Shown here piece after piece: positions 19,615 to 28,537 of a stretch of 64,000 nt of DNA. Within the stretch, counting starts at the first letter, position 1. Each line of letters starts with the position of its first letter. Source of the DNA: an uncultured Acidobacteriota bacterium. GTDB lineage: Bacteria > Acidobacteriota > Thermoanaerobaculia > Gp7-AA8. The position numbers and the translations under genes are program-made. Below the pieces are notes generated by a model. The model was not told the DNA's origin and searched no databases. It saw only the letters and a list, made by a program, of their open reading frames with translations. Location of the stretch: contig CAWGHO010000002.1 in the NCBI GenBank assembly GCA_963822445.1, positions 1,888,001-1,952,000 of the forward strand, in the 5' to 3' direction.

Positions 19615-20135
19615 ACAAGCTCCCGAATCACACCGCGCTCAAGGAATGGTCGAACGTCATCGAAGCCCTCGGCCGCGGCGAGCAGGTCATCCTCATCCGC
19701 AAGGGCGGCATCGCCGATCCCCACTTCGGAATCGAAGCCGATCGCTTCTATCTGTATCCGACCTACTTTCATCAGGGCGAGACCGATCCGCGCTCGCGCG
19801 TGTCGATCACCCACTGGTGCGAGGTGACGCGGACGTGGAGCGTTCGGGACATGGAGTCGATCGAGCGGCTCGAGCCGTTCGTCGACATTCCGCGGGAGAC
19901 GCTGGAGGCGCGGTACCGGTTCCGGCCCGACCAGGCGCTTTACGTGATTGCGGTGAAGACCTTCGCGTTGCCGGGGCCGGTCGAGATCGCGTATCGCGAG
20001 GATTACGGCGGCTGCAGAAGCTGGGTCAGCATCGAGGAAGAGATCGATATCGAGGGATCGAAGCCCGTGCTCACCGACGCCGCACTGCGCGCGAAGATCG
20101 AGAGCATCGACGCATTGCTCACAGTCGCGGTGTAG
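19611..20135 (+). CDS. DUF1802 family protein
   Basis: ALKEW, LIRKGGI, FYLYPT.FHQ and YGGCRSWV motifs. Confidence 0.85.
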   Translation: MNKLPNHTALKEWSNVIEALGRGEQVILIRKGGIADPHFGIEADRFYLYPTYFHQGETDPRSRVSITHWCEVTRTWSVRDMESIERLEPFVDIPRETLEARYRFRPDQALYVIAVKTFALPGPVEIAYREDYGGCRSWVSIEEEIDIEGSKPVLTDAALRAKIESIDALLTVAV

Positions 20136-20137
20136 CC

Positions 20138-20878
20138 ATGGTGCCGATCCTGTTCATGCTGATCGGCGGCGCGGGGCTGGCCGTCTTCGTGATGGTCGCG
20201 TGGGCGATCAATCAACGCGCCGAGCAGCATGAAGCGCGAACCGAAGCGCTGCCGGCGACGGAGCGGGAACGGATCGCTGCGTCGCTGCTTTTCGCGGTCG
20301 TCAAGGCTGCGGGTGGGTCTGACGAAGATGCGCTTCGTGTCGTGCGCCGCGGCGCAGGCCTTGTCGCGCCGGTCACGCGAGGGATCGATGTCTCGAACTG
20401 GGCGGAGAGCTACGCGAATCTGTCCACGCCGCAGGAGCGTTCGTCGCTGCTCGAGACCGCGGTGCAGCTCATCGCGAGCCATGACAAGCCCATTCCGCTC
20501 CGGCAATACGCGACTCTCCTCGATCTAAGTTTCGGCCTCGGATTTCAGACCGATGCATTAGCCAGGCTTCGCGAGATCTACGGGTTCGAGTACGTCGATC
20601 ACGCCAAGGACGCGCGTCCGCGGAGCGCGGATCGTGGTGGCGGGGCGGCTCCGTTGTACGTTCGCAAGGAGCGGGACGCGACGGCGTTGCTGCACATCCT
20701 CGGATTGCCCGCCGAAGCGTCGCGGCGGGACATCATCGCCGCGTATCGCCGCCTCGTTGCCCAGCATCATCCCGACAGGTTCCACGGGAGCTCCGTAGAA
20801 GAGCAATCCGGCGCGGCACAGCGCTTCATCGAGATCACCCGGGCCTACGAAGAACTGCTGGTGATTTATCGGGATTGA
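20138..20878 (+). CDS. DjlA-like membrane-anchored J-domain protein
   Basis: N-terminal TM, TerB-like middle region and C-terminal J domain (AYRRLVAQHHPDR). Confidence 0.8.
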   Translation: MVPILFMLIGGAGLAVFVMVAWAINQRAEQHEARTEALPATERERIAASLLFAVVKAAGGSDEDALRVVRRGAGLVAPVTRGIDVSNWAESYANLSTPQERSSLLETAVQLIASHDKPIPLRQYATLLDLSFGLGFQTDALARLREIYGFEYVDHAKDARPRSADRGGGAAPLYVRKERDATALLHILGLPAEASRRDIIAAYRRLVAQHHPDRFHGSSVEEQSGAAQRFIEITRAYEELLVIYRD

Positions 20879-20915
20879 TCTTTCGGCGGTTGATCTGCTA
20901 TTCTTCGCCGTCCTG

Positions 20916-20941
20916 GGAATAGGGGCAGTTCACTGTTTGTT
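20916..20941 (+). promoter_or_regulatory. ECF (SigR/SigH-type) promoter upstream of the ECF sigma gene
   Basis: Exact GGAAT-N18-GTT. Confidence 0.55.
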
Positions 20942-21176
20942 CACAGCCGACTCGCCAGCAGTTCCCTCCGTTAGACCGTAGTTTTAATCACAGCAAAGAG
21001 TCGCGTCGTGGACGGACGTGTCCGGAGCCGGTGACGGCCCCGGGGCGTTTGGTCCTTTCGTCAACATCCGAGCCACGCGAGTCGATGCTTCGTAACCCTC
21101 TGAGCTGAAACGAGTTCAGGAAACGTGTCCGGTACCGAGTAACTATTTTATTTGCTGGCCCATCTAATGTTGCATG

Positions 21177-21192
21177 CGGCACGAAGGTTGAA
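21177..21192 (+). promoter_or_regulatory. Sigma54-like element upstream of the ECF sigma gene
   Basis: CGGCACGAAGGTTGAA (GGCACG-N4-TTGA), preceded by an AT-rich tract at 21140-21153. Confidence 0.4.
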
Positions 21193-21221
21193 GTTTCGTA
21201 GCCGTCAGCAGGGGAAAGATC

Positions 21222-21998
21222 ATGAAGAGCGCGGAAGTCCAGATGCACGAACAGGGATGGGATTTCGAGAAGGCAGCCATGCCTTACGTCGATTCCCTCT
21301 ACAACACGGCGTACCGAATGACCCGGAACTCCGAGGACGCCGAGGATCTCGTGCAGGAGACCTACCTCAAGGCGTACAAGTACTACGACAAGTTCGAAGA
21401 AGGTACGAACTTCAAGGCGTGGCTCTTCAAGATCATGAAGAACACGTTCATCAACAACTACCGGAAGAAAAAGCTCACCCCGCACAAGATCGACTTCTCG
21501 GAGATCGAAGAGTCCTACGAGCGGGTGATCCAGAAGAACGCGCCGGATCTCATTCGCGATCCGGAAAGCGAGATCTTCCAGGACATGATGGACGCCGACG
21601 TGAAGCGGGCTCTGGACTCGCTTCCGCACGACTACAAGATGGTCGTGCTGCTGGCCGACATCGAAGGCTTTTCGTACAAGGAAATCGCCGAGATTCTCGA
21701 CTGCCCGGTGGGCACGGTCATGTCCCGGCTGTATCGCGGCCGGAAGATGCTCGAGCGCACCCTGCTCGACTACGCGCGCAAGTACGGCTACATCCGCGGC
21801 GGCGCAGAGCCCGCCAAGATGCGGTCGCGTAAGGACGAGACCAAGGGCCGCAAGAAGAAGGACGAGAAGGGCGAAGAGACCGACGTCGTCGAGCCGGAGG
21901 AGAACGAAGAAGAAGTGCTGTTCGCCGGCGGAGACGAGGAAGAGCTCGACGACTTCGAGCTGGAAGAGGAAGAAGAAGAGCGTTTCGAGATCGAGTAA
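21222..21998 (+). CDS. ECF RNA polymerase sigma factor (SigR/SigH-like) with an acidic C-terminal extension
   Basis: DAEDLVQETYLKAY, GTNFKAWLFKI and FSYKEIAEILDCPVGTVMSRLYRGR motifs. Confidence 0.92.
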   Translation: MKSAEVQMHEQGWDFEKAAMPYVDSLYNTAYRMTRNSEDAEDLVQETYLKAYKYYDKFEEGTNFKAWLFKIMKNTFINNYRKKKLTPHKIDFSEIEESYERVIQKNAPDLIRDPESEIFQDMMDADVKRALDSLPHDYKMVVLLADIEGFSYKEIAEILDCPVGTVMSRLYRGRKMLERTLLDYARKYGYIRGGAEPAKMRSRKDETKGRKKKDEKGEETDVVEPEENEEEVLFAGGDEEELDDFELEEEEEERFEIE

Positions 21999-22002
21999 CT
22001 GC

Positions 22003-22097
<95 letters not shown>

Positions 22098-22104
22098 TTA
22101 TTGG

Positions 22105-22120
22105 TGGCCGCTCGATTGCA
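22105..22120 (+). promoter_or_regulatory. Sigma54 -24/-12 promoter upstream of the anti-sigma gene
   Basis: TGGCCGCTCGATTGCA (GG-N10-GC). Confidence 0.45.
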
Positions 22121-22164
22121 CTAGCGGCGTCCCGTGATTTCGGCAGAAGAGAGCCCGGGTAAAC

Positions 22165-22191
22165 GGAATTCACAGTTTCGCAACGGAGTTG
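22165..22191 (+). promoter_or_regulatory. Second ECF (SigR/SigH-type) promoter, upstream of the anti-sigma gene
   Basis: Exact GGAAT-N18-GTTG. Confidence 0.55.
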
Positions 22192-22235
22192 CACCGGGAG
22201 CCGTCACCTCTCGCTCCACGGAAGGAAACGCCGCA

Positions 22236-22469
22236 ATGGTCTGTGACGATGTTCGACGCGTTGTTTACTTTTTCCTCGATGGTTCCCTTGGTCAACAGAA
22301 GCTGGTGGAGTTCGAGACGCACATCGAGATCTGTCGGGACTGCGACGACAGAACCAAGCTGAACAAAAAGTTGCGCGCATTCATCCGCCGGCGTCTCACC
22401 CCGGTCAGCGCGCCTGAGCATCTGAAGGTCCGCCTCACCCAGACCCTCCGCACCGTTCAAGTCGAGTAG
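22236..22469 (+). CDS. Zinc-binding anti-sigma factor (ZAS, zf-HC2; RsrA-like)
   Basis: C...FLDGSL...HIEICRDC (HxxxCxxC); downstream of the ECF sigma gene. Confidence 0.85.
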   Translation: MVCDDVRRVVYFFLDGSLGQQKLVEFETHIEICRDCDDRTKLNKKLRAFIRRRLTPVSAPEHLKVRLTQTLRTVQVE

Positions 22470-22477
22470 CCGCGGAC

Positions 22478-23083
22478 GTGTCGAAGTCGTCGAAACCGTC
22501 CGGCTCGAAAGCTCCGTCGGAAGAGCAGCTTTCGCAGCAGCTGATCCTCGTCTCGACCAATCCCAACAAAGGCATCGAAGCGGAGCGCATCCTCGGCGCT
22601 CCCGTCCTCCGCGTGTCGATCTCGCTTCCCGAGATTCAGGCCGCGACGGTCGAAGAAATCACCCGCTACAAACTCGACGTCGCCAAAACCAAGGGTTATC
22701 AGCGGCTCATCGTCGAGGACGTTTCCCTGGGCTTCGACGAGCTCGGCAATTTTCCGGGGCCGTATGTGCGCTGGCTGCTCGAGGCCGCCGGAGGCAAGGG
22801 CCTCGCCGCGATCGCGTATGCGCTGAACAACCGCGCCGCGCGCGCGCAATGCTGTGTCGGCTACTGGAACGGGCGTGAAGTGCACATGTTCATGGGCGAG
22901 ACGGCGGGCCAGATCCTCGTGGAGCCCCGTGGCGAGCGCCATTTCGGCTGGGACGCCTGGTTTCAGCCTGCCGGCACGACGAAGACGTTCGCCGAGCTGA
23001 CCGCCGACGAGAAAGACCAGCTCTCCCATCGCGGCAGGGCTTATCGCAAGCTGGCTGAGCATCTCGCTGCCGAGCGCAAGTAG
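22478..23083 (+). CDS. Non-canonical purine NTP pyrophosphatase (Ham1/ITPase family)
   Basis: STNPNK, LPEIQ, VED.SL, FPGPY, FGWD and SHR motifs. Confidence 0.9.
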   Translation: MSKSSKPSGSKAPSEEQLSQQLILVSTNPNKGIEAERILGAPVLRVSISLPEIQAATVEEITRYKLDVAKTKGYQRLIVEDVSLGFDELGNFPGPYVRWLLEAAGGKGLAAIAYALNNRAARAQCCVGYWNGREVHMFMGETAGQILVEPRGERHFGWDAWFQPAGTTKTFAELTADEKDQLSHRGRAYRKLAEHLAAERK

Positions 23084-23273
23084 TGCTCTGCGACCGTCCT
23101 GTCGAATAGACGCTTTGCGTCCCCGCCGAGACATCCGCTGTTTCGATTTCGACACCAACTGCGTCCAACAATCCGTGTAAGTCATGCGTATTCAATGGTG
23201 TTGCAGGCAGGCGCGACGCTCTGACCGACTGGCAGGCCCCTTGTAATTAAGGGGATCAACGAAAGGAAAGGCC

Positions 23274-23456
23274 ATGTGGGTATACGACGGAGAAGAATGG
23301 ACGCAGGACAACGGCGGAGTCGAGTCGACCTCGACCCCCAAGCCTGAAGCGGCGCGGCCGCAGTGGCCCGCCGAAATGGTTCCTGAGCTTCAGGTGATCG
23401 AGATCGTGCAACCGGTTCCGCGGAACCGTTACGTTCCTCAGGTCCCGCTGCCGTAG
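23274..23456 (+). CDS. Small hypothetical protein (60 aa)
   Basis: AAGGAAAGG RBS, own putative promoter upstream and terminator downstream. Confidence 0.55.
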   Translation: MWVYDGEEWTQDNGGVESTSTPKPEAARPQWPAEMVPELQVIEIVQPVPRNRYVPQVPLP

Positions 23457-23485
23457 ACCCGGCCACGACCCTCGACAAACGAGCC

Positions 23486-23520
23486 GGCCGCACGCGATGA
23501 GCGTGCGGCCTTTTGCGTTT
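23486..23520 (+). terminator. Intrinsic terminator
   Basis: GGCCGCACGC-gatga-GCGTGCGGCC followed by TTTT. Confidence 0.7.
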
Positions 23521-24302
23521 CAGCAGGGTGTGTGACGGCCAAGGAAGGCCTTGCAGATCGGCTCGATCGAGTCGGACGCGACGGTGAAGATCCGGTCGGC
23601 GTGATAGTTCCCCACGATGTCGAGCACATGCAGTTCCTTCGGCTCGTTCGCCGACTCGTAAAGCGCCACCGAATGCTTGTGGCCGATCAGCCAGTCGTTC
23701 TTCACGTGGATGAAGCAGACCGGCACGCGGATCCTGTCGATGTCGTCGAGCGCGCGCAGCTTCGCCGCGCGGCGGATGGTCCAGGTGAACCGCGGTCGCT
23801 TCAGGGCCTGCTTGAAGGCGATGTGCCGGTGAATGGTGAACGGATTCAGCCGCGGCGCGATCATCTTGAAATCGGCGACCGGGGAGATCAGCAGCAGCGA
23901 GGAGACCGGCAGGTCGTGCCGCGCCACCGTCGAGATGGCGATCGCGCCGCCGTACGAGAACCCGACCAGCGTCAGCGTGGAAATCGTCGCGGCCATCGCC
24001 AGGAGGTCGTTGGCCACGGCGGCCACGTCATGATGCTCGTGCAGGTTGAATCCGTACGTGCCGCCGCTGTCGCCATGACCTCGCACGTCGACCACCACGG
24101 CGCGGTATCCCATCGTGTTGAGCAGGCGGGCCAGGTGGACCATCGACGCGTGCCGGCGGTCGCGCCAGAACCCGGGAACGATCAGGACGGCCGAGGGAGA
24201 GGGGGCGTCGTAGACGTCGTAGTGAATGATCGTTCCGTCGAACGAGGCGACGGTTCTGTGCTCCGGTGGACGATCTGCTTCGATTGCACTCAAGCTTGAC
24301 AT
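23520..24302 (-). CDS. Alpha/beta hydrolase
   Basis: DVRGHGDS, GFSYGG nucleophile elbow, C-terminal D and H. Confidence 0.85.
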   Translation of the reverse strand: MSSLSAIEADRPPEHRTVASFDGTIIHYDVYDAPSPSAVLIVPGFWRDRRHASMVHLARLLNTMGYRAVVVDVRGHGDSGGTYGFNLHEHHDVAAVANDLLAMAATISTLTLVGFSYGGAIAISTVARHDLPVSSLLLISPVADFKMIAPRLNPFTIHRHIAFKQALKRPRFTWTIRRAAKLRALDDIDRIRVPVCFIHVKNDWLIGHKHSVALYESANEPKELHVLDIVGNYHADRIFTVASDSIEPICKAFLGRHTPC

Positions 24303-24323
24303 TGAGAGTTGTCGACCTATGAT
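24296..24323 (+). promoter_or_regulatory. Sigma70-type promoter for the first Thr-rich lipoprotein
   Basis: TTGACA-N16-TATGAT. Confidence 0.55.
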
Positions 24324-24412
24324 ATGCGCCGCGTGAGGGCGCGGCCTGCGTCTTCCGTGCCCCCGCACCGTTTCAACACCCCTGGACAACCAAATCGAAG
24401 GAGATGTACGTA

Positions 24413-24685
24413 ATGAAGAAGTCCCTTGTTTTCACGCTGATCGCCGTGCTCGCGATCGCCATGCTCGCCGTGGGCTGCAAGAAGGAAGAGGCCACGACCG
24501 ACACCGCCGCGACCGACACGTCCATGACGACCGGCGCGACTGATTCGTCCTACGCGACCGATATCACCGCGACGGACACCACCGGAACCATGACCACCAC
24601 CGACACCATGGCCACGGACACGACCGGCACCGCCACCACCACCGATACCACGGCGACCGGAACGGTAAGCACCACAACCACTTAG
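24413..24685 (+). CDS. Thr/Asp-rich low-complexity lipoprotein 1
   Basis: GAAGGAG RBS, AVGC lipobox, then KKEE and TDT repeats. Confidence 0.8.
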   Translation: MKKSLVFTLIAVLAIAMLAVGCKKEEATTDTAATDTSMTTGATDSSYATDITATDTTGTMTTTDTMATDTTGTATTTDTTATGTVSTTTT

Positions 24686-24700
24686 TTCTGTAGCGGTTAC

Positions 24701-24716
24701 TGGCATTTCTGTTGCT
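24701..24716 (+). promoter_or_regulatory. Sigma54 -24/-12 promoter upstream of lipoprotein 2
   Basis: TGGCATTTCTGTTGCT, close to the TGGCAC-N5-TTGC consensus. Confidence 0.6.
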
Positions 24717-24884
24717 GGTTTCCTTTTTCCGGCGTGTCTCTCACGCCTCCCAAATCCGAATCTGGTTTCCCGTTGGCGGGTACGACTGTCAAAGCAAAAC
24801 GCAGAGGAGGTGAGCGCAGGCACCCAGAGCGACACTCTCAAAGACATTCTCGAAACGAACAACAACGCAAGGAAGGAAATACAA

Positions 24885-25163
24885 ATGGCTAAGAAGATTC
24901 TGGTTCTCCTGGCGATCCTGACGCTCGTCGTCTTCGTCGCATGCAAGAAGGAAGAGACTGAGGTCAACACCACCGACGTCACCACCACCGACACCGGCGC
25001 GATGAGCACCGACACCGGCATGACCACCACCGACACCGGTCTGACCACGACCGACACGATGGCCACGGACACGACCGGCACGACCTCGACGGACACGTCG
25101 GGCACGGTCAGCACGACCGAGACGTCGACCACGAGCGGCACGGTCTCCACGACCACCACCTAG
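24885..25163 (+). CDS. Thr/Asp-rich low-complexity lipoprotein 2 (paralog of lipoprotein 1)
   Basis: AAGGAAGG RBS, FVAC lipobox, KKEE, TTDTG repeats and the same GTVSTTTT C-terminus. Confidence 0.8.
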   Translation: MAKKILVLLAILTLVVFVACKKEETEVNTTDVTTTDTGAMSTDTGMTTTDTGLTTTDTMATDTTGTTSTDTSGTVSTTETSTTSGTVSTTTT

Positions 25164-25221
25164 GCCGGCACGGCCGGCAGCGCTTGTTGCCCCAGGCTTG
25201 GGCGCGAGCGTCGCCTGGTTT

Positions 25222-25866
25222 TCAGTTCTCGGGACGGGCTTCGGCTCGTCCCGATTTTTTTTGCTCGAGATCCGCCTGCAGCCGCTCGTACACGCGCAGC
25301 GTTTCCGCGAATCCCTGCTCGACGCTGCCGCTGTTGTCGATCACGTAATCGGCCTGCCGCAGACGCTCCTCGCGAGGCAGCTGATGCGCGATCCGCCGGG
25401 TCACTTCCTCGCGGGTCATGCCCCGTCCGATGGCCCGCGCGATCTGCACGTCCGGCGCGACGTCGACGACGACGATCCGCTCGTAGCGTTGCCGTCCGCC
25501 GGCTTCGAGAAGGAGCGTCGCCTCGACGACGTAGACCGTGTCGTCGCCCCGATCCTCGGCCGCGGCCATCATCCGCGCTTCTTCGCCGAGGACGATCGGA
25601 TGAATGAGTGCGTTGAGCCTCCGCGCCTCCTCGGCATTCGCGAACGCGACGTCCGACAGCTTCTTCCGATCGATCCGGCCGTCCGGCAGGAGCATGGCCA
25701 TTCCGTAGGTCCGCACGATGGCCTGATGACCGAGCTGGCCCGGCTCGTACAAGCGGGCCACGATGGCGTCGGCGTCCACGGTCACGCAGCCGAGGCCGGC
25801 GAAGTTGCGCATGATCGTCGACTTGCCGCTGGCGATGCCGCCGGTCAGGCCGACTCTGAGGATCAC
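25222..25866 (-). CDS. coaE: Dephospho-CoA kinase
   Basis: [29 protein letters not shown] and ADYVIDNSG motifs; GTGA overlap with folD. Confidence 0.92.
   Translation of the reverse strand: MILRVGLTGGIASGKSTIMRNFAGLGCVTVDADAIVARLYEPGQLGHQAIVRTYGMAMLLPDGRIDRKKLSDVAFANAEEARRLNALIHPIVLGEEARMMAAAEDRGDDTVYVVEATLLLEAGGRQRYERIVVVDVAPDVQIARAIGRGMTREEVTRRIAHQLPREERLRQADYVIDNSGSVEQGFAETLRVYERLQADLEQKKSGRAEARPEN
25229..25262 (+). terminator. Intrinsic terminator overlapping the 3' end of coaE
   Basis: TCGGGACGGGC-ttcg-GCTCGTCCCGA followed by a T-run. Confidence 0.7.
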
Positions 25867-26765
25867 CCGCGCCTCCGCTCCGCGGCCAGGACGGTGTTCT
25901 TCATGAGCATGGCGATGGTCATCGGCCCGACGCCGCCGGGCACCGGCGTAATCCAGGACGCGACCTCGCGAACGCGCGCGAAATCGACGTCGCCGACGAG
26001 GACCGATCCGTTTTTTTCGAGAAGGCGGCTCTTTTCCGCATCGTGCTCGAGCTTCGCCGCGAATTCCGGTCCGACGCGATTCATGCCGACGTCGATCACG
26101 ATCGCGCCGGGCTTGACCATCTCCGCGGTGACCATGATCGGGCGGCCGATCGCGGCCACGAGGATGTCTGCCTGACGGGTGATCGCGCCGAGGTCGGGCG
26201 TTCGCGAGTGGCAGATCGTGACAGTCGCATTTCGCTGGAGGAGAAGAGCGGCCATCGGCTTGCCGACGATATCGCTGCGGCCGATGACGACGGCGTGCTT
26301 TCCGGCGATGTCCTCCCCAATCGAATCGAGCAGGCGGATGACGCCCGCGGGAGTGCATGGCGCAAATGACGGGCGGCCGAGATGGAGCAGACCGACGGTG
26401 ACCGGATGAAAGCCGTCGACGTCCTTGGCCGGGCTGATCGCGTCGATGACCTGTCGCGGATCGATCTGCTTCGGCAAAGGGAGCTGGACGAGGATGCCAT
26501 CGACATCGGGATCGCGATTCAGGCGGTCCACTTCTTCGAGCAGCTCGGCTTCCGAAAGGGAGTCGGGGAACACGAGCTCCGTGCCCTGCAGGCCGAGCTC
26601 GCGCGCTTTCTTCGCTTTGTTCCGAACGTAGATCTCGGAGGCGGGATCGTTCCCCACGCGCACCGCGACCAGACCCGGCTTGAACCCGAGCCGTGCGATG
26701 GCCGCGGCCACCTCGGCCTCGGTCTCCGCGGCGATGGCTCTTCCGTCGATCAGGCGCGCGGTCAC
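25863..26765 (-). CDS. folD: Bifunctional methylenetetrahydrofolate dehydrogenase/cyclohydrolase
   Basis: [35 protein letters not shown] and [11 protein letters not shown] motifs. Confidence 0.95.
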   Translation of the reverse strand: MTARLIDGRAIAAETEAEVAAAIARLGFKPGLVAVRVGNDPASEIYVRNKAKKARELGLQGTELVFPDSLSEAELLEEVDRLNRDPDVDGILVQLPLPKQIDPRQVIDAISPAKDVDGFHPVTVGLLHLGRPSFAPCTPAGVIRLLDSIGEDIAGKHAVVIGRSDIVGKPMAALLLQRNATVTICHSRTPDLGAITRQADILVAAIGRPIMVTAEMVKPGAIVIDVGMNRVGPEFAAKLEHDAEKSRLLEKNGSVLVGDVDFARVREVASWITPVPGGVGPMTIAMLMKNTVLAAERRRG

Positions 26766-26835
26766 GGCGCGGGCTTGTACCACAGCCGTCGCGAGCGGTG
26801 ATACAGTCCCGAATCCCAACATAAGGAGAGAAGTC

Positions 26836-27351
26836 ATGAAGCGTTTTGCGCTCGTCGTTCTCCTCATGGCGCTGGTCGCGCCTGCCGCGTACGCCCAGAA
26901 CTTCTTCGCCAACCTGAGTGGAGCGAATGAGGTGCCGCCGGCCGATCCTGATGGCACCGGCACTGCCTTCATCAGCATCGTCGGCACGACCGTGAATTAC
27001 TCGATCACGGCGAACCTGATCGACGCACCCACCGCCCAGCACATCCACAGCGGTGTCGCGGGCGTGAACGGCCCCATCGTGGTGAATTTGCCTGGTGTCT
27101 GGGTAGGCGCGGGCCAGGGGCCGTGGACGTTGAACGGATCGACGACCACCGACGCGGCCACCGCGGCGGCGATCATCGCCAATCCGGCGGCGTTCTACGT
27201 GAACGTGCACAACGCCCCGTTCCCGGGCGGCGCGATTCGGGGACAGCTGGCGGCCACTACCGCGAACATCCCGACGGCTTCGACGCTGGCGCTCTTCGCA
27301 CTCGGTGCAATGCTGGCCGTCGCGGGGCTGTTCGTGATCCGGCGAGCCTGA
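26836..27351 (+). CDS. CHRD domain protein with an IPTL-CTERM sorting signal
   Basis: [19 protein letters not shown] and FYVNVH...[10 protein letters not shown] motifs; C-terminal IPTAS + TM + RR. Confidence 0.85.
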   Translation: MKRFALVVLLMALVAPAAYAQNFFANLSGANEVPPADPDGTGTAFISIVGTTVNYSITANLIDAPTAQHIHSGVAGVNGPIVVNLPGVWVGAGQGPWTLNGSTTTDAATAAAIIANPAAFYVNVHNAPFPGGAIRGQLAATTANIPTASTLALFALGAMLAVAGLFVIRRA

Positions 27352-27396
27352 CCGGCGGCGGCCTCGCGGCCGCTCAAAGTCTTGGGAATGAACCGC

Positions 27397-27426
27397 TTGA
27401 CACCCTTTGTTGGGCGGTGTTACCGT
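27397..27426 (+). promoter_or_regulatory. Sigma70 promoter of rplM-rpsI
   Basis: TTGACA-N18-TACCGT with an extended TG. Confidence 0.55.
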
Positions 27427-27566
27427 CGCAACCCCTCTCGAAAGGGAGGGCTTCGTTCGTCTTTGATTTACCAGCGGTGTCTGCGGTCCACACCTGCACC
27501 GCCGGTCATCTGGCAGTACCTGCCTCTGGCAGACATTTGTGTCATTGCTTCGCTTTCAGGAGAGTC

Positions 27567-28001
27567 ATGCGTACGTATTTTCCCAAACAGGGTGACATCG
27601 AGCCGCGCTGGTTCGTGATCGACGCCGAAGGCCAGGTCCTCGGCCGTCTGGCCACGAACATCGCCAACATCATTTCCGGCAAGGCCAAGCCGACCTACAC
27701 GCCGTTTCTCGACACCGGTGATCACGTGATCGTGCTCAACGCCGAGAAGATCGTGCTGAGCGGCAAGAAGGAGACGGACAAGATCTACCGTCACCACTCG
27801 CTGTATCCGGGTGGCCTGAAGGAAAAGGCGGCTCGCTTCGTGCGCGCCGAGAAGCCCGAGCACATGATCGAACAGGCCGTCTGGGGCATGCTCCCCAAGA
27901 ACAAGATCGGCCGCAAGATGCTGAAGAAGTTGAAGGTCTATCGCGGTACGAACCATCCGCACGCGGCGCAGAAGCCCGAGCCGATGAACATCACCGGGTA
28001 A
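27567..28001 (+). CDS. rplM: 50S ribosomal protein L13
   Basis: WFVIDA...LGRLA...KPTYTP..DTGD and GMLPKNK motifs. Confidence 0.97.
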   Translation: MRTYFPKQGDIEPRWFVIDAEGQVLGRLATNIANIISGKAKPTYTPFLDTGDHVIVLNAEKIVLSGKKETDKIYRHHSLYPGGLKEKAARFVRAEKPEHMIEQAVWGMLPKNKIGRKMLKKLKVYRGTNHPHAAQKPEPMNITG

Positions 28002-28016
28002 TTTCAGGAGGATTCC

Positions 28017-28409
28017 TTGGCTTTGGTCGAATATTACGGAACAGGAAGACGCAAGACGTCCACGGCGCGCGTGCACATTCGTCCCGGCGCGGGCGCGATC
28101 ACGGTCAACCGCCGCGGGCTCGACGAGTACTTCGGGAACGAAGTGCTGAAGATGATCATCAAGCAGCCCCTCTCGCTGACCGAGACTGTCGACAAGTTCG
28201 ACATCGTCATCACGGTCGACGGCGGCGGCCCGAGCGGCCAGGCCGGCGCGATCCGCCACGGCATCTCCCGCGCGCTGCAGGTCTACAACAGCGAGCTTCG
28301 CAAACGCCTCAAGAAGGCTGGACTCCTCACGCGCGACCCGCGCATGAAGGAGCGCAAGAAGTACGGACAGAAGGGCGCCCGGGCCCGCTTCCAGTTCTCC
28401 AAGCGCTAG
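28017..28409 (+). CDS. rpsI: 30S ribosomal protein S9
   Basis: [15 protein letters not shown] and KERKKYG...QFSKR motifs; TTG start. Confidence 0.97.
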   Translation: MALVEYYGTGRRKTSTARVHIRPGAGAITVNRRGLDEYFGNEVLKMIIKQPLSLTETVDKFDIVITVDGGGPSGQAGAIRHGISRALQVYNSELRKRLKKAGLLTRDPRMKERKKYGQKGARARFQFSKR

Positions 28410-28446
28410 TCGGTTCCATGTTCCGGTTTACCTAGATTTCGTTTCG

Positions 28447-28482
28447 AAAGACAGGAGCCGCAAGCTCCTGTCTTTTGTTTTT
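28447..28482 (+). terminator. Hairpin terminator/attenuator between rpsI and rpsB
   Basis: AAAGACAGGAGC-cgcaa-GCTCCTGTCTTT followed by T-runs. Confidence 0.7.
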
Positions 28483-28537
28483 GTCCGGTGTTTTTCAATT
28501 CTCATTTTTCAACTTTCAATTCAAAAGGAGGGTTCAC

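Noticed and set aside
24413-25163. Thr-rich ORFs as RiPP precursors
   Set aside because: They have clear lipoprotein signals and no modifying enzyme or transporter is adjacent
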